DNA of 64,000 bases from Macrostomum lignano (GCA_002269645.1 NIVC01001730.1:1-64000); one strand, 5' to 3'; positions 1 to 12,942 are shown, numbered from the stretch's first letter. Notes: a model not told the origin generated them from the sequence alone. Program-made: numbers and translations.

Positions 1-510
1 CAGAGATCTAGATCATAACTAGCCAATCAGTTGAGCTTCTAGATCATAACTAGCCTATCAGTGAGCTTCTAAATCATAACTAGCCAATCAGTGATCTAGA
101 TCATAACTAGCCAATCAGAGATCTAGATCATAACTAGCCAATCAGAGATCTAGATCATAACTAGCCAATCAGAGATCTAGATCATAACTAGCCAATCAGA
201 GATCTAGATCATAACTAGCCAATCAGAGATCTAGATCATAACTAGCCAATCAGAGATCTAGATCATAACTAGCCAATCAGACATCTAGATCATAACTAGC
301 CAATCAGACATCTAGATCATAACTAGCCAATCAGACATCTAGATCATAACTAGCCAATCAGACATCTAGATCATAACTAGCCAATCAGACATCTAGATCA
401 TAACTAGCCAATCAGACATCTAGATCATAACTAGCCAATCAGATCAGATCTAGATCAGACATAGATCATAGCCAATCAGAGATCTAGATCATAACTAGCC
501 AATCAGTGAG
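1..510. repeat. 27-bp minisatellite CAGAGATCTAGATCATAACTAGCCAAT (intronic, truncated at window edge)
   Basis: Direct reading of the tandem unit; decays into unique sequence near 510-580. Confidence 0.95.
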
Positions 511-606
511 CTTCTAAGTCGTCGTTGCCAGTCAGCGAGCTTCTAGATAACTGTTAGCCTATCAGAGATCTGCCAATCATGCCTGTCGCATTTTTATTCC
601 CGAAAG

Positions 607-1382
607 GTTCTAGCCGGCGTATGGAACTACTTTATGGAGAAGCTGCGCGAATCCGACCCGGAGCCGGACTCGGAGAACGACTCGTCCCCCATAGTGAGGC
701 TAGGCCTCCAGGCCAGACGCTGGGCCGAAGCGAAACGACGCGTATTAAAACAGCGTGACGACTATAACAGGTGCTGGGAGGAGAAGCTGGAGGCCCAGCA
801 GCAGGCTCAAGATGAATCTTGCAACGTTGACGAGCCTGCGGCGACCGTTACACTTCTGGCGTCGGCTTCCGTGTCGCCATCGACCTCAGTGACGCAGGCG
901 TTGATCGTCTCTGCAGCCGACCAGCAGCAGCAGCCGCCGCCACCCGTCCAGCTTCCTCCTTCATCATCTTCCTCATCATCGCTATCCGAGCCGCATCCGC
1001 CAGGATCGGTCCGCCAGAATCTCGAGGCCGTTCAGAGCGTCCTGTCGAGCGCCGCTGCCGCACTCGACATTGAGCACGCCGCCACCGCTGCGTCGACTGC
1101 TGCTGCTGCCCAGTCTAGCCTGGTTGTCGTTTGTCTCCGGCTGGCGTTGCCAGTCTGCCAGCCGTTGCCATAGCAACCATGCCGCCGTCGCTTCCCAATT
1201 CGATGGTGTCGCCGGAATTTAGCCAGCTGCCGGCTCTGGCCGCCTCCCCGGCCGCCGCTCTGACCATCGTTGTTGACGCGGCCACAGCAGCCGCGCTTAA
1301 CGGCAGCGGCGGCACCAGCGGGGCCGGCGGCGGCAGCGGCGGCAGAGGCAACCTTAGCATCATTCAGGAGGTGGATAACGCG
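607..1382 (+). CDS. Internal exon of an unidentified gene (gene A); low-complexity Ala/Ser/Pro-rich region; contains an apparent 1-nt frameshift at about 1130-1132
   Basis: Acceptor tttttattcccgaaAG|GTT at 605-606. Frame 1 reads VLAGVWNYFMEKLRESDPEPD...QSSLVVV and frame 3 continues LSPAGVASLPAVAIATMPP...EVDNA. Donor GCG|GTGAGT at 1383, phase 0. GC-rich codons against AT-rich or repeat flanks. Confidence 0.7.
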
Positions 1383-1417
1383 GTGAGTCATCTTGGTGAT
1401 TAACGCATGTTAATGGC

Positions 1418-1806
1418 CATGGACCGATTTCGATTGATCATGAGCCCATTCCTATTGGTCATGCACCGATTTCGATTGGTCATGAGCCCATTCCTATTGG
1501 TCATGCACCGATTTCGATTGGTCATGAGCCCATTCCTATTGGTCATGCACCGATTTCGATTGGTCATGGAGCGATTTCAATTGGTCATGCACCGATTTCA
1601 ATTGGTCATGCACCGATTTCAATTGGTCATGGACCGATTTCTATTGGTCATGAATTAATTTCGATTGGTCATGAATTAAGTTCGATTGGTCATGGAGCGA
1701 TTTCAATTGGTCATAGATCGATTTCGATTGGTCATGGAGCGATTTCGATTGGTCATGGACCGATTTCGATTGGTCATGGAGCGATTTCGATTGGTCATGG
1801 ACTGGT
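1418..1806. repeat. 21-bp minisatellite CATGGACCGATTTCGATTGGT with 42-bp dimer in the 5' half (intron of gene A)
   Basis: Alternating catgagcccattcctattggt / catgcaccgatttcgattggt units. Confidence 0.95.
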
Positions 1807-1913
1807 CCATAGATGATTAATTTCGATCGATCATCATTAATCATAAAATATTGTTACACATACAGTGAACGGTGCCAACTCCAACCCCCTCTACCGCTCC
1901 CCTCACCCCGCAG

Positions 1914-2400
1914 CCCAAGTCGCCAATGCAGGCCATCGTGGCCGCGCCGCCGCCGACTCCGCACAACAGCCTCGGCCGGCGGGACAAGCGGCCCAACGTT
2001 GAGGACGCCTCGGCCGAGATAGACGCCGCCGCCGCCGACGCCGCCGCCGACGCTGAGGTGCTAGCGTCGTCGACAACCGCTGAGCTGCTTTTGCCTGCCG
2101 GCCGAAACGGCGAACGGCCTCTCCGCCTGCCGCTGCCCGACCTCGCCGCCGGCCGCTGCGTTCTCCTCTGCCCGTGCGGCGGCGACGGGCGCCGCGTCCT
2201 CGTGGCCAGCTGCCGCTCCGGGCCCGACGCCACGCTTGGCGAGGTGCTGGCGCTGTTGCAAACCGCTGCCGCGGCTGCCGCGTCTACCGGCACCGACGCC
2301 GCTGGGAACGGCGTTGCGGCTACGGCTACGGCTACTGGGCAGGCGATTCGAGCCCGGCACAACCTGGACAGGTGTCACACGCCGCCCTCCAGTCCCACTA
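1914..2400 (+). CDS. Next exon of gene A (PKSPMQAIVAAPPP...HTPPSSPT)
   Basis: Long pyrimidine-rich tract ending ccccgcAG at 1912-1913 gives phase 0, matching the upstream donor. Open frame with GC3-rich codons. Donor A|GTGAGT at 2401, phase 1. Confidence 0.7.
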
Positions 2401-2739
2401 GTGAGTGAGAGAGAGATAGAGATTCATGCTTCAAATACAGGCCGCCTGATGTGCTTTTTAAGTCCTTGTCTACGTGCTTAGCTAACCGCGGTCAACTTCG
2501 CTTAACTTGTATGAAATAAAATCAGCAGTTTCTGAAGTAATCAAAATACAATAATAATGTTGAGAGATGGTTTTGAAAGTAGTTTGAATAAGTTCAGGTG
2601 TTTCTTAGATTGTGTTAGCAGTAGTTTAGAATTTTAGGTGTACTTTAGATTACTTTAGAAGAAATTAAGATTATTTTAGGAGCAGTTTAAACAATCTTAA
2701 AAGTAGTTTAGATTTACTTAGGAGTAGTTTAATTTAATT

Positions 2740-3690
2740 TAGGAGTTTTAACTTAGTCTAGATAATTTCAGAATCTAAGTTAACAATATTTTTAGAGTAG
2801 TTTAGTTTAATTTAGAAGTAGTTTAGATTAATTTAGGAGTAGTTTAGATTAATTTGGGAGTAGTTTAGATTAATTTAGGAGTAGTTTAGAATAATTTAGG
2901 AGTAGCTTAGATAATTTCAAAAGTAGTTTAGATTTATTTAGGAGTAGTTTAGATCATTTCAGGAGTAGTTTAGAATAATTTAGGAGTAGTTTAGATTAAT
3001 TTAGGAGTAGTTTAGATTAATTTAGTAGTAGTTTAGATTAATTTAGGAGTAGTTTAGATTAATTTAGGAGTAGTTTAGAATAATTTAGGAGTAGCTTAGA
3101 TCATTTCAAAAGTAGTTTAGAATAATTTAGGAGTAGTTTAGATTTATTTAGGAGTAGTTTAGATTAATTTAGGAGTAGTTTAGAATAATTTAGGAGTAGC
3201 TTAGATCATTTCAAAAGTAGTTTAGAATAATTTAGGAGTAGTTTAGATTTATTTTGGAGTAGTTTAGATTAATTTAGGAGTAGTTTAGAATAATTTAGGA
3301 GTAGCTTAGATCATTTCAGGAGTAGTTTAGAATCATTTAGGAGTAGTTTAGATTAATTTAGGAGTAGTTTAGATTAATTTAGGAGTAGTTTAGAATAATT
3401 TAGGAGTAGCTTAGATTTATTTAGGAGTAGTTTAGATCATTTCAGGAGTAGTTTTGAATAATTTAGGAGTAGTTTAGATTTATTTAGGAGTAGTTTAGAT
3501 CATTTCAAGAGTAGTTTAGAATAATTTAGGAGTAGTTTAGAATATTTTAGTGGTTTCTATATTTCAGTAATTTAGATTAATTTAGGAGTAGCTGAAAATA
3601 TTTTAAAACTAGTTTAGACTATTTTAGGAACACTTTTAGATAATTTTAGGAGTAGTTTAGATAATTTTAGGAGTAGTCTATACGCTCTTC
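2740..3690. repeat. 21-bp AT-rich minisatellite TTAGGAGTAGTTTAGATTAAT (intron of gene A)
   Basis: Direct reading; degenerate at both ends. Confidence 0.9.
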
Positions 3691-3768
3691 TAATAGTAGT
3701 CTAGGCTAACATAGTCTAATGAGAAATGGGTTGAATAATGCAAGTACTTCTGTCCCGGTCTCCCGCAG

Positions 3769-3905
3769 GGTTCGATCCCGTCCAGCCACCCACGATAGCA
3801 GCAGCAGCTTCAGGCGGCACAAAAACGCTTGGCAGGTTGGCCGTGTCATCGACTCTGCTAAGCGACACCCCGGCCACACCAGACAGCTCAACAAATGGAC
3901 AGTGA
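3769..3905 (+). CDS. Terminal coding exon of gene A (RFDPVQPPTIAAAASGG...DSSTNGQ*)
   Basis: Acceptor ctgtcccggtctcccgcAG|GG at 3767-3768. The phase 1 junction (A+GG=Arg) is the only one of the tested readings that gives a coherent low-complexity peptide ending at TGA 3903-3905, followed by AT-rich UTR-like sequence. Confidence 0.65.
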
Positions 3906-4389
3906 AACTAAATATAATCTTATATTTGATTTGCATTGAGTTCGGTTCGTGATGTCATTCATTTATCTAATTTCATCATCAAAATGTTTTTTGTCTTCTC
4001 TGAAATACTCGAATTCAATCAGTGAATCTTTCTTTACCCTTAGAATACTTGGTTTCTTTCCCGCATGGTTACTACTACTGTTTACTAGTAGTATTAGTGG
4101 TAGAAGTGGGTAGCGTGCACAATAATCCCCCGCGTGTAAGGGGTCAGTGTAATGATTGTTAACTGCTGCTTGTATCTCCTTTGCCTTCCTATAATTGTAT
4201 TTATCTTTTTCCCCAGTGAGTAGCGAGTAGCAAGTAGTGAGTAGCGAGTGTAACTTCAAGTTGTAATCTTATTTATTTGTTTATTCATATTTCAATGCAG
4301 AGTTGGTGTGACCTGTTTAAAATGTTGATTTATAGTAATTTTTTACTAACCTCTAATTTAAAACTTATGTTGTCATTTGATGAAGATTT

Positions 4390-4850
4390 TTAATGTCATT
4401 TAATGGGATTTTAAATGTATTTTAATGGGATTTCGAAATAATTTAACGGGATTTCAATATACTTTAATGGGATTTCAATATAATTCCATAGGATTTTCAT
4501 GTAATTTATTGGGATTTCAATATAATTTGATGGGATTTTAAATGTATTTTAATGGGATTTCAATATAATTTAACGGGATTTCAATATACTTTAATGGGAT
4601 TTCAATATAATTCCATAGGATTTTTATGTAATTTATTGGGATTTTATTATAATTTGATGGGATTTCAAATGTATTTTAATGGGATTTCAATATAATTTAA
4701 TGGGATTTTAAATGTATTTTAATGGGATTTCAATATAATTTAACGGGATTTCAATATAATTCCATAGGATTTTTATGTAATTTATTGGGATTTCAATATA
4801 ATTTGATGGGATTTTAATGTAATGTAGCGGGATTTGTGTAACTTTTTGGG
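4390..4850. repeat. Degenerate ~21-bp minisatellite TTAATGGGATTTCAATATAAT
   Basis: Recurrent GGGATTT core at about a 21-nt period. Confidence 0.85.
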
Positions 4851-5804
4851 ATTATAATAATGCAATTATTACCAAAATTGAGTATTTTACACCAAAGTGT
4901 GTGTATTATGCAGTAAAAACAAACTTCCAACATGAGTAGATAAGTAGGATATAGTGCATATTAACGTCTAAATTTCGTTTTCGCACTCAACTTGGAATTT
5001 TACAAGAGCAAGCAATTAAAATCACTTCATTATGTTGAAGTATGTTCTGCCAAATAAATTTTTACCAATGTCTGCGCTTTATAACATAAGGTGCTTTCCC
5101 TTGATTGTGAGCTCAAGCTACTACTCGTAAGTAGTTACTAAAAAGCTTTTCAGCCAATTAAGTTGTAATTGCTTGAATAATTCTACCGAGGCCTATTAAG
5201 CTTAGTTTGTTGCCTTTTATCATTTAATTAGTTTATGTTGTTATACTCGAGCTATACTACTCATGTGCTGATATCGATTCTCTGCCCTTTTTGCCTTTTT
5301 TCTTATTTTACCCCAACAATTTATTTCATCACGGGCTAGTTTATAATGCAAAGCTTGGTTTTTTGTGTCTATTATTTCAGTTTTGTGAACTAATAGCTTT
5401 TGTGTGCGATGACACTCCTAGTAGTAGTGGCTGTAGCAAATTTAGTTATTAATGCTCTTATTAACACTGGTTTTTCCTTTTCACTTATACTTTTTACTAA
5501 TAGTAATGCCTATATTTATGTATGCGTATATACGAGTACATGCGTGTACTTCAGACGACACAAGTAAAGTAATGTAAGAATACACCTTGAATGCATGGAT
5601 ATTCCAGTTCAGGGCGGCGCCGCTATTAGTTGAAATGCTGAATTTGTTTTTATTCTCCTGCAATTCGCTGCCGTAGCGGCGCCCTCCGCGCACTTCTGTC
5701 CGTCACGCGTGACCTATTTTTTTACAGATCTTAATTGCCAGTTGCAACTCTCTGCTTCGTGTGTTATTGTTTTATGGGAAAATTAACCATGAATGTCATT
5801 GGCA

Positions 5805-6808
5805 GGGAGTGAGGTGGGTGCCGTTAGCTGGGAGTGAGGTGGGTGTCAGTCAGACAGGGAGTGAGGTGGGTGTCATAGACAGGGAGTGAGGTGGGTGTCA
5901 GTCAGACAGGGAGTGAGGTGGGTGTCATAGACAGGGAGTGAGGTGGGTGTCAGTCAGACAGGGAGTGAGGTGGGTGTCATAGACAGGGAGTGAGGTGGGT
6001 GTCATAGACAGGGAGTGAGGTGGGTGTCATAGACAGGGAGTGAGGTGGGTGTCATAGACAGGGAGTGAGGTGGGTGTCAGTCAGACAGGGAGTGAGGTGG
6101 GTGTCAGACAGGGAGTGAGGTGGGTATCAGTCAGACAGGGAGTGAGGTGGGTGTCATAGACAGGGAGTGAGGTGGGTGTCAGTCAGACAGGGAGTGAGGT
6201 GGGTGTCGTAAGGAGTGAGGTGGGTGTCAGTCAGACAGGGAGTGAGGTGGGTGTCAGTCAGACAGGGAGTGAGGTGGGTGTCATAGACAGGAAGTGAGGT
6301 GGGTGTCAGTCAGACAGGGAGTGAGGTGGGTGTCATAGACAGGGAGTGAGGTGGGTGTCAGTCAGACAGGGAGTGAGGTGGGTGTCAGTCAGACAGGGAG
6401 TGAGGTGGGTGTCAGTCAGACAGGGAGTGGGTGGGTGTCATAGACAGGGAGTGGGTGGGTGTCATAGACAGGGAGTGGGTGGGTGTCGTAAGGAGTGAGG
6501 TGGGTGTCGTAAGGAGTGAGGTGGGTGTCATAGGGAGTGAGGTGGGTGTCAGACAGGGAGTGGGTGGGTGTCGTAAGGAGTGAGGTGGGTGTCATAGACG
6601 GAGTGGGTGGGTGTAATAAGGAGTGAGGTGGGTGTCGTAAGGAGAGAGGTGGGTGTCGTAAGGAGTGAGGTGGGTGTCGTAAGGAGTGAGGTGGGTGTCG
6701 TAAGCAGTGAGGTGGGTGTCATAGGGAGTGAGGTGGGTGTCATAGACAGGGAGTGGGTGGGTGTCGTAAGGAGTGAGGTGGGTGTCATAGGGAGTGAGGT
6801 GGGTGTCA
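5805..6808. repeat. 24-27-bp minisatellite GGGAGTGAGGTGGGTGTCA(GTCA/TA)GACA
   Basis: Direct reading; variant composition changes along the array. Confidence 0.95.
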
Positions 6809-8346
6809 CGCTTTTGTACAAGTTCGCTAATTCCCCCCAAGCGCACCCCGAGCCATTTGGCAATCGTTGATCCCAACTAAGCAGAGCCAACTGCAGCTTA
6901 ACGGAACCTCTCAGTCAAGCCTCAATCGCCTTTGTCCAAGCGAAGCCAGTAAGACAACACAGCATTTTGTGTCTGCGCTTTCGAGAAAATGTCACGAAAC
7001 CGGACCGGCTGTCATTGTGTGTGCGCTCGCGCGCCATTGTGCGTCACGCAAGACTACGGCGGAGGTTTAAAAAGAGAAAATCCGGATCTCATCCTAAGCA
7101 GCGGGTGGAAAGCGTCATGTGTCAGTTGTGCTGACCATTTATGCCGAGTAGGAATTAATGAATGAATGAATGAACAAGAGTCAGCCAGCTCAGGGACCAC
7201 TGCGGACATGGGAGTGACTACGAGTAGCCTGGGCCAGTTCTCTTTCAAATAATTGCATATTGCTAGTCGGCTTTTTACCATAGATATTTCGCGCTGCTGG
7301 GCGCGGGCAGAGCATATTTAACCATAGACAAAGTTTCAACTATTAGAGAAGAGAAGAGGAGGGAAGAGAGAGAGAGACATTATAGGAACTCTGTTAGTAG
7401 CCAAGGATCTTGACAATTGTTGAAATCTAACTTGCATTGTATTTTATTAATTAGTTGATAGCTGTTTTCAACGATTCTCCCGAATCAAACTGCCGGCCCA
7501 CCCGCCGTGGGCAAGCGAGAGCAGTTTTTCAAAAGAAGAAAAATGCAATTTCAAGCCGCAAATTCAATTCAGTAATGAAAGAACGACGCGAAATGAATTC
7601 CAGAGGGAGACGGGACAGAAAAACAAATTAATTCTCTGCCAAAACATGATTCAAGCTACCCCAGGTCCCGCCCGCCATGGACACAGACAGAGACTCTCAC
7701 CAGAGAGAGTCTCGTAGCTTTCTAATTTCTGCGGAAGCACTTCAAAAGGAAAAAAGACAAAGGGCTGGCGGTGCGTTGCTGCTGGTGGAAGAGTCGGCCG
7801 TCGGCAGACTAGAAAGAAACTTTTAGGGAGCTGAGCCAGACCCGTTCCGCTCACTCTCTCCCCTTCCGTGAGCCCCGCCCTTGACTGCAGCTGCCGCCAA
7901 GGGGGGGGGGGCGGCAGTGAAGGCCCAGCTGAAGTGAAGAGGAAAAACACAATTGAAAGCGAATTCACAAATACCGCATTTATACCTCCCTAGCCTTGGC
8001 TCTCACTGACACCGCGCAGGCGTGACACTTCATTTGTGAATAGGAGGCCAGCCAGACCGGCTCACTGACTGTATATTCCTGTTTTTCTGTTGGAGCGGCG
8101 CACTGTTTGGCATGCGGTTTTTGTTCTCTTTTGTCTTTCAGTCAGTCCCCCGCACCGCCACGCCCCGTGCTCAGCCGCGTCTCAACTAGTTTTGTCTCTT
8201 TCTCTCATTCCTCTCCCCTCTCACTGAGTTGCTGTTCCAACGAAATTTTCTGCAGACAGAACTCACTTAATTTTTCAGCTCACCGCTGATAGCTTGTAGT
8301 TTTAGCTGTGAGTTTCTTAATGCTGGATTATACACTGTGCGACTGG

Positions 8347-9617
8347 GACTGACTGAGAGCTCTGATTTTGACTGAGAGCTCGGATTGTGATTGAGAGCTC
8401 TGGTTGTGACTGACTGAGAGCTCTGCTTGTGACTGACTGAGAGCTCTGATTGTGACTGACTGAGAGCTCTGCTTGTGACTGAGAGCTCGGATTGTGATTG
8501 AGAGCTCTGGTTGTGACTGACTGAGAGCTCTGATTGTGACTGAGAGCTCTGCTTGTGACTGAGAGCTCTGCTTGTGACTGAGAGCTCGGATTGTGACTGA
8601 GAGCTCTGCTTGTGACTGAGAGCTCTGCTTGTAACTGAGAGCTCTGCTTGTGACTGAGAGCTCTGCTTGTGACTGACTGAGAGCTCTGATTGTGACTGAC
8701 TGAGAGCTCTGTTTGTGACTGAGAGCTCTGGTTGTGACTGACTGAGAGCTCTGCTTGTGACTGACTGAGAGCTCTGCTTGTGACTGACTGAGAGCTCTGC
8801 TTGTGACTGAGAGCTCTGCTTGTGACTGACTGAGAGCTCTGCTTGTGACTGACTGAGAGCTCTGCTTGTGACTGAGAGCTCTGCTTGTGACTGAGAGCTC
8901 TGCTTGTGACTGAGAGCTCTGCTTGTGACTGAGAGCTCTGCTTGTGACTGAGAGCTCGGATTGTGACTGAGAGCTCTGCTTGTGACTGAGAGCTCTGCTT
9001 GTAACTGACTGAGAGCTCTGATTGTGACTGACTGAGAGCTCTGATTGTGACTGACTGAGAGCTCTGATTGTGACTGACTGAGAGCTCTGATTGTGACTGA
9101 CTGAGAGCTCTGATTGTGACTGACTGAGAGCTCTGATTGTGACTGACTGAGAGCTCTGATTGTGACTGACTGAGAGCTCTGATTGTGACTGACTGAGAGC
9201 TCTGCTTGTGACTGACTGAGAGCTCTGCTTGTGACTGAGAGCTCTGCTTGTGACTGAGAGCTCTGCTTGTGACTGACTGAGAGCTCTGCTTGTGACTGAG
9301 AGCTCTGCTTGTGACTGAGAGCTCTGCTTGTAACTGACTGAGAGCTCTGATTGTGACTGACTGAGAGCTCTGATTGTGACTGACTGAGAGCTCTGATTGT
9401 GACTGACTGAGAGCTCTGATTGTGACTGACTGAGAGCTCTGATTGTGACTGACTGAGAGCTCTGATTGTGACTGACTGAGAGCTCTGATTGTGACTGACT
9501 GAGAGCTCTGATTGTGACTGACTGACTGAGAGCTCTGATTGTGACTGACTGAGAGCTCTGATTGTGACTGACTGAGAGCTCTGATTGTGACTGACTGAGA
9601 GCTCTGGTTGTGACTGA
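8347..9617. repeat. 19/23-bp minisatellite TGTGACT(GACT)GAGAGCTCTG(A/C)T
   Basis: Direct reading; the 442-aa minus-strand ORF here is repeat-derived. Confidence 0.95.
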
Positions 9618-10060
9618 TTTGAACTAGCATTACTTTAAAGTTCAACTAGCTGAACTGCTAAGTGACTCAGACTGCAGACACAGATTTCATATAAAGTTTA
9701 CAAAGGCTTTAATTTGTACGGATATGGATTAAGACGAAGAGCCATGCAGGAACCGGAAGTCAAGGTCTGGGCCTTGGATCAAACTGATTACACGAGCATT
9801 GCAATAAGATGGCGTGTCCCATTACAGCTCTGCAAACACAGGGTGATCGTGTCTTTTCTCGGCTCATTCGTCTCGCTTAAAAAGCGGCCCGGACACTCCA
9901 GACTGCTGTTGGATGAGCCGGTCTGTTTGCTCACTAACTTTCTTTTTCGAAAAGCATATATAATGTTTGGGCAATTTCTATACATATATAGGCCTGGGGT
10001 ACAGACTAGTTCGTCTGCTGTACCATTGAAGATTTACTGCTGTCAGAACTGCACACCACT

Positions 10061-10375
10061 CTGCTCTTGGCGCCACTGCCGCCCTCTGCTCTTGGCGCCA
10101 CTGCCGCCCTCTGCTCTTGGCGCCGCTGCTTCCCATTTCTCTTGGCGCCACTGCCTCCCTCTACTCTTGGCGCCACTGCCTCCCTCTACTCTTGGCGCCA
10201 CTACCTCCCTCTACTCTTGGCGCCACTACCTCCCTCTTTTCTTGGCGCCACTACCTCCCTCTTTTCTTGGCGCCACTACCTCCCTCTTTTCTTGGCGCCA
10301 CTGCCTCCCTCTACTCTTGGCGCCACTGCCTCCCTCTACTCTTGGCGCCACTGCCTCCCTCTTGGCGCCCCTGCC
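10061..10375. repeat. 25-bp minisatellite CTCTTGGCGCCACTGCCTCCCTCTA
   Basis: Direct reading. Confidence 0.95.
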
Positions 10376-10788
10376 TTCCTCAATCTATACACGTAATTTA
10401 ACTTAATTACACCGCTACTGTTAAGACTGTTAATTTCAGCTGTTATAATGAGAGCGACAGTCAGACAGATAAGGCACAGATAAACGAGAGATTAAAATGA
10501 CAGGCTTTGCACAGCAAAGGGTCAGCAGCAGACGCGCTCTATTAGCCCTACTATACAGTTGTAAGAACTCAGCTGTTTCACTTTTTGACCCGAGGATTTT
10601 TTGTCGGAACTCTCGCTGAGCTGCCAAGGATCAGCAGCTGCGCAAACTTGCTGTCAATCCTGGCTGTCTTTCCTATCTGGAAATATTGACTAAAATTTCA
10701 ATAAGAGCATTGTGCTTCTATGCTGATCAATCGCTTACGAGAGGGGGGATAAGAGGGATGAGATTGGAAAGTGTGAAATGGAAGAATC

Positions 10789-11470
10789 TGAGATAGGAGA
10801 GGGTGGGATAGGAGAAAGTGAGATAGGAGAGGGTGAGACAGGAGAAAGTGAGATAGGAGTGGGTGGGATAGGAGAAAGTGAGATAGGAGAGGTTGAGATA
10901 GGAGAGGGCAAGATAGGAGAGGGTGGGATAGGAGAAAGTGAGATAGGAGAGGGTGAGATAGGAGAGGGCAAGATAGGAGAGGGTGAGGCAGGAGAAAGTG
11001 AGATGGGAGCATGTGAGATAGGAGAGGGCAAGATAGGAGAGGGTGGGATAGGAGAAAGTGAGATAGGAGAGGGTGAGATAGGAGAGGGCAAGATAGGAGA
11101 GGGTGGGATAGGAGAAAGTGAGATAGGAGAGGGTGAGATAGGAGAGGGCAAGATAGGAGAGGGTGAGGCAGGAGAAAGTGAGATGGGAGCATGTGAGATA
11201 GGAGAAGGCGAGATAAGAGAGGGAGAGATAGGAGAGGGAGAGATAGGAGAGGGAGAGATAGGAGAGGGAGAGATAGGAGAGGGTGAGATAGGAGAGGGAG
11301 AGATAGGAGAGGGAGAGATAGGAGAGGGCAAGATAGGAGAGGGTGCGATAGGAGAGAGAGAGATAGGAGAGGGAGAGATAGGAGAGGGTGAGATAGGAGA
11401 GGGTGAGATAGGAGAGGGAGAGATAGGAGAGGGAGAGATAGGAGAGGGAGAGATAGGAGAGGGTGAGGTA
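10789..11470. repeat. 15-bp minisatellite GAGATAGGAGAGGG(T/A/C)
   Basis: Direct reading; the variant CATGTGAGAT recurs 180 nt apart (about 11010 and 11190), indicating a block duplication. Confidence 0.95.
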
Positions 11471-12206
11471 AGAGAGGAATGAGGCTGCTTTTTACATCTG
11501 TATATTCGTGATCCCAATCCAAGGGTCACCGATATCAAATGTCAATATATATAAATATAAATCCAGAACACTATATTTAACCTGTGGAGGGCAATACTTC
11601 AAGCCGAATATTTTGTCAATCCAGTCAAAACAATCTAGAAAACGCATCAAATCAAGATTGGCCCTATAGCCGCTTAAGCGGAATTCCTAAGGCCGTGAAT
11701 CCGTGTGTTACGCAATCACCAATTGCTAGCTTGTCGACATTCTAAAGGAAACACTGAATCGGGACATTGGGGGGGGGGGTAGGGAATTGAGAGGCTTACG
11801 GAGCACACAGGTTTCATTATTCATAGATCAAAAACACTGTGATGCGCTTGCAAGCAATATGTCAGCTTTGAGTCAGTGTGGCACACGTGCCCCGTTTTGG
11901 GCCTCTGGCTGATGATGTTTTGAGCTTTGAACAAACACAAATCTTGATGGCAAACACTAACGGAGCTGAGCACTGAATGGTGACCAATTGATACTGAGAA
12001 AGTTTGCCAATAACAGCTGTAAAGACTGGGGAATCCTTTGTCTGCAATTCAATGACAATACGGTGGACAACTCAAGTAAAGAGGACGCTACATCCGCAAA
12101 ATGGAACTTCCGAATTCCAAATAAGCAGCTTTGCCCGAGGTGCACTCAAAAATTTTATGAAGCTGTGTGTTTTCCTGAAATGCTATCGGAATCCGACAAT
12201 TCTAGT

Positions 12207-12942
12207 GAGAGGGAGAGAAGGAGAGAGGGAGAGAGACAGAGAGGGAGAGAGGGAGAGAGACAGAGAGGGAGAGAGGGAGAGAGACAGAGAGGGAGAGAGG
12301 GAGAGAGACAGAGAGACAGAGAGGGAGAGAGGGAGAGAGGGAGAGAGGGAGAGAAGGAGAGAGACAGAGAGGGAGAGAGGGAGAGAGGGAGAGAGGGAGA
12401 GAAGGAGAGAGGGAGAGAGACAGAGAGGGGAGGGAGAGAGACAGAGAGGGAGAGAGGGAGAGAGGGAGAGAGGGAGAGAAGGAGAGAGACAGAGAGGGAG
12501 AGAGGGAGAGAGGGAGAGAGGGAGAGAAGGAGAGAGGGAGAGAGACAGAGAGGGGAGGGAGAGAGACAGAGAGGGAGAGAGGGAGAGAGGGAGAGAGACA
12601 GAGAGGGAGAGAGGGAGAGAGGGAGAGAGGGAGAGAGGGAGAGAAGGAGAGAGGGAGAGAAGGAGAGAGGGAGAGAGACAGAGAGGGAGAGAGGGAGAGA
12701 GACAGAGAGACAGAGAGGGAGAGAGGGAGAGAGGGAGAGAGGGAGAGAGGGAAAGAGGGAGAGAAGGAGAGAGGGAAAGAGGGAGAGAGGCAGAGAGGGA
12801 AAGAGGGAGAGAAGGAGAGAGGGAGAGAGGCAGAGAGGGAGAGAGGGAGAGAGGGAGAGAGGGAAAGAGGGAGAGAAGGAGAGAGGGAGAGAGGCAGAGA
12901 GGGAGAGAGGGGAGAGAGGGAGAGACAGAGGCAGAGAGAGAA
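12207..12942. repeat. GA-rich polypurine low-complexity array
   Basis: GGGAGAGA / GAGACAGA units. Confidence 0.95.

Noticed and set aside
1861-1870. Acceptor tacAG|TGA at 1865 suggesting an in-frame stop or readthrough in gene A
   Set aside because: A better pyrimidine-rich acceptor at 1913 gives an uninterrupted phase-0 junction, so no readthrough is needed.
2740-3690. TTAGGA as an interstitial telomere-like repeat
   Set aside because: It occurs once per 21-bp unit, not as contiguous TTAGGG hexamers.
3769-3780. GGTTCGATCCC B-box/T-loop-like motif
   Set aside because: No tRNA cloverleaf or A-box around it; it is explained as the start of the terminal coding exon of gene A.
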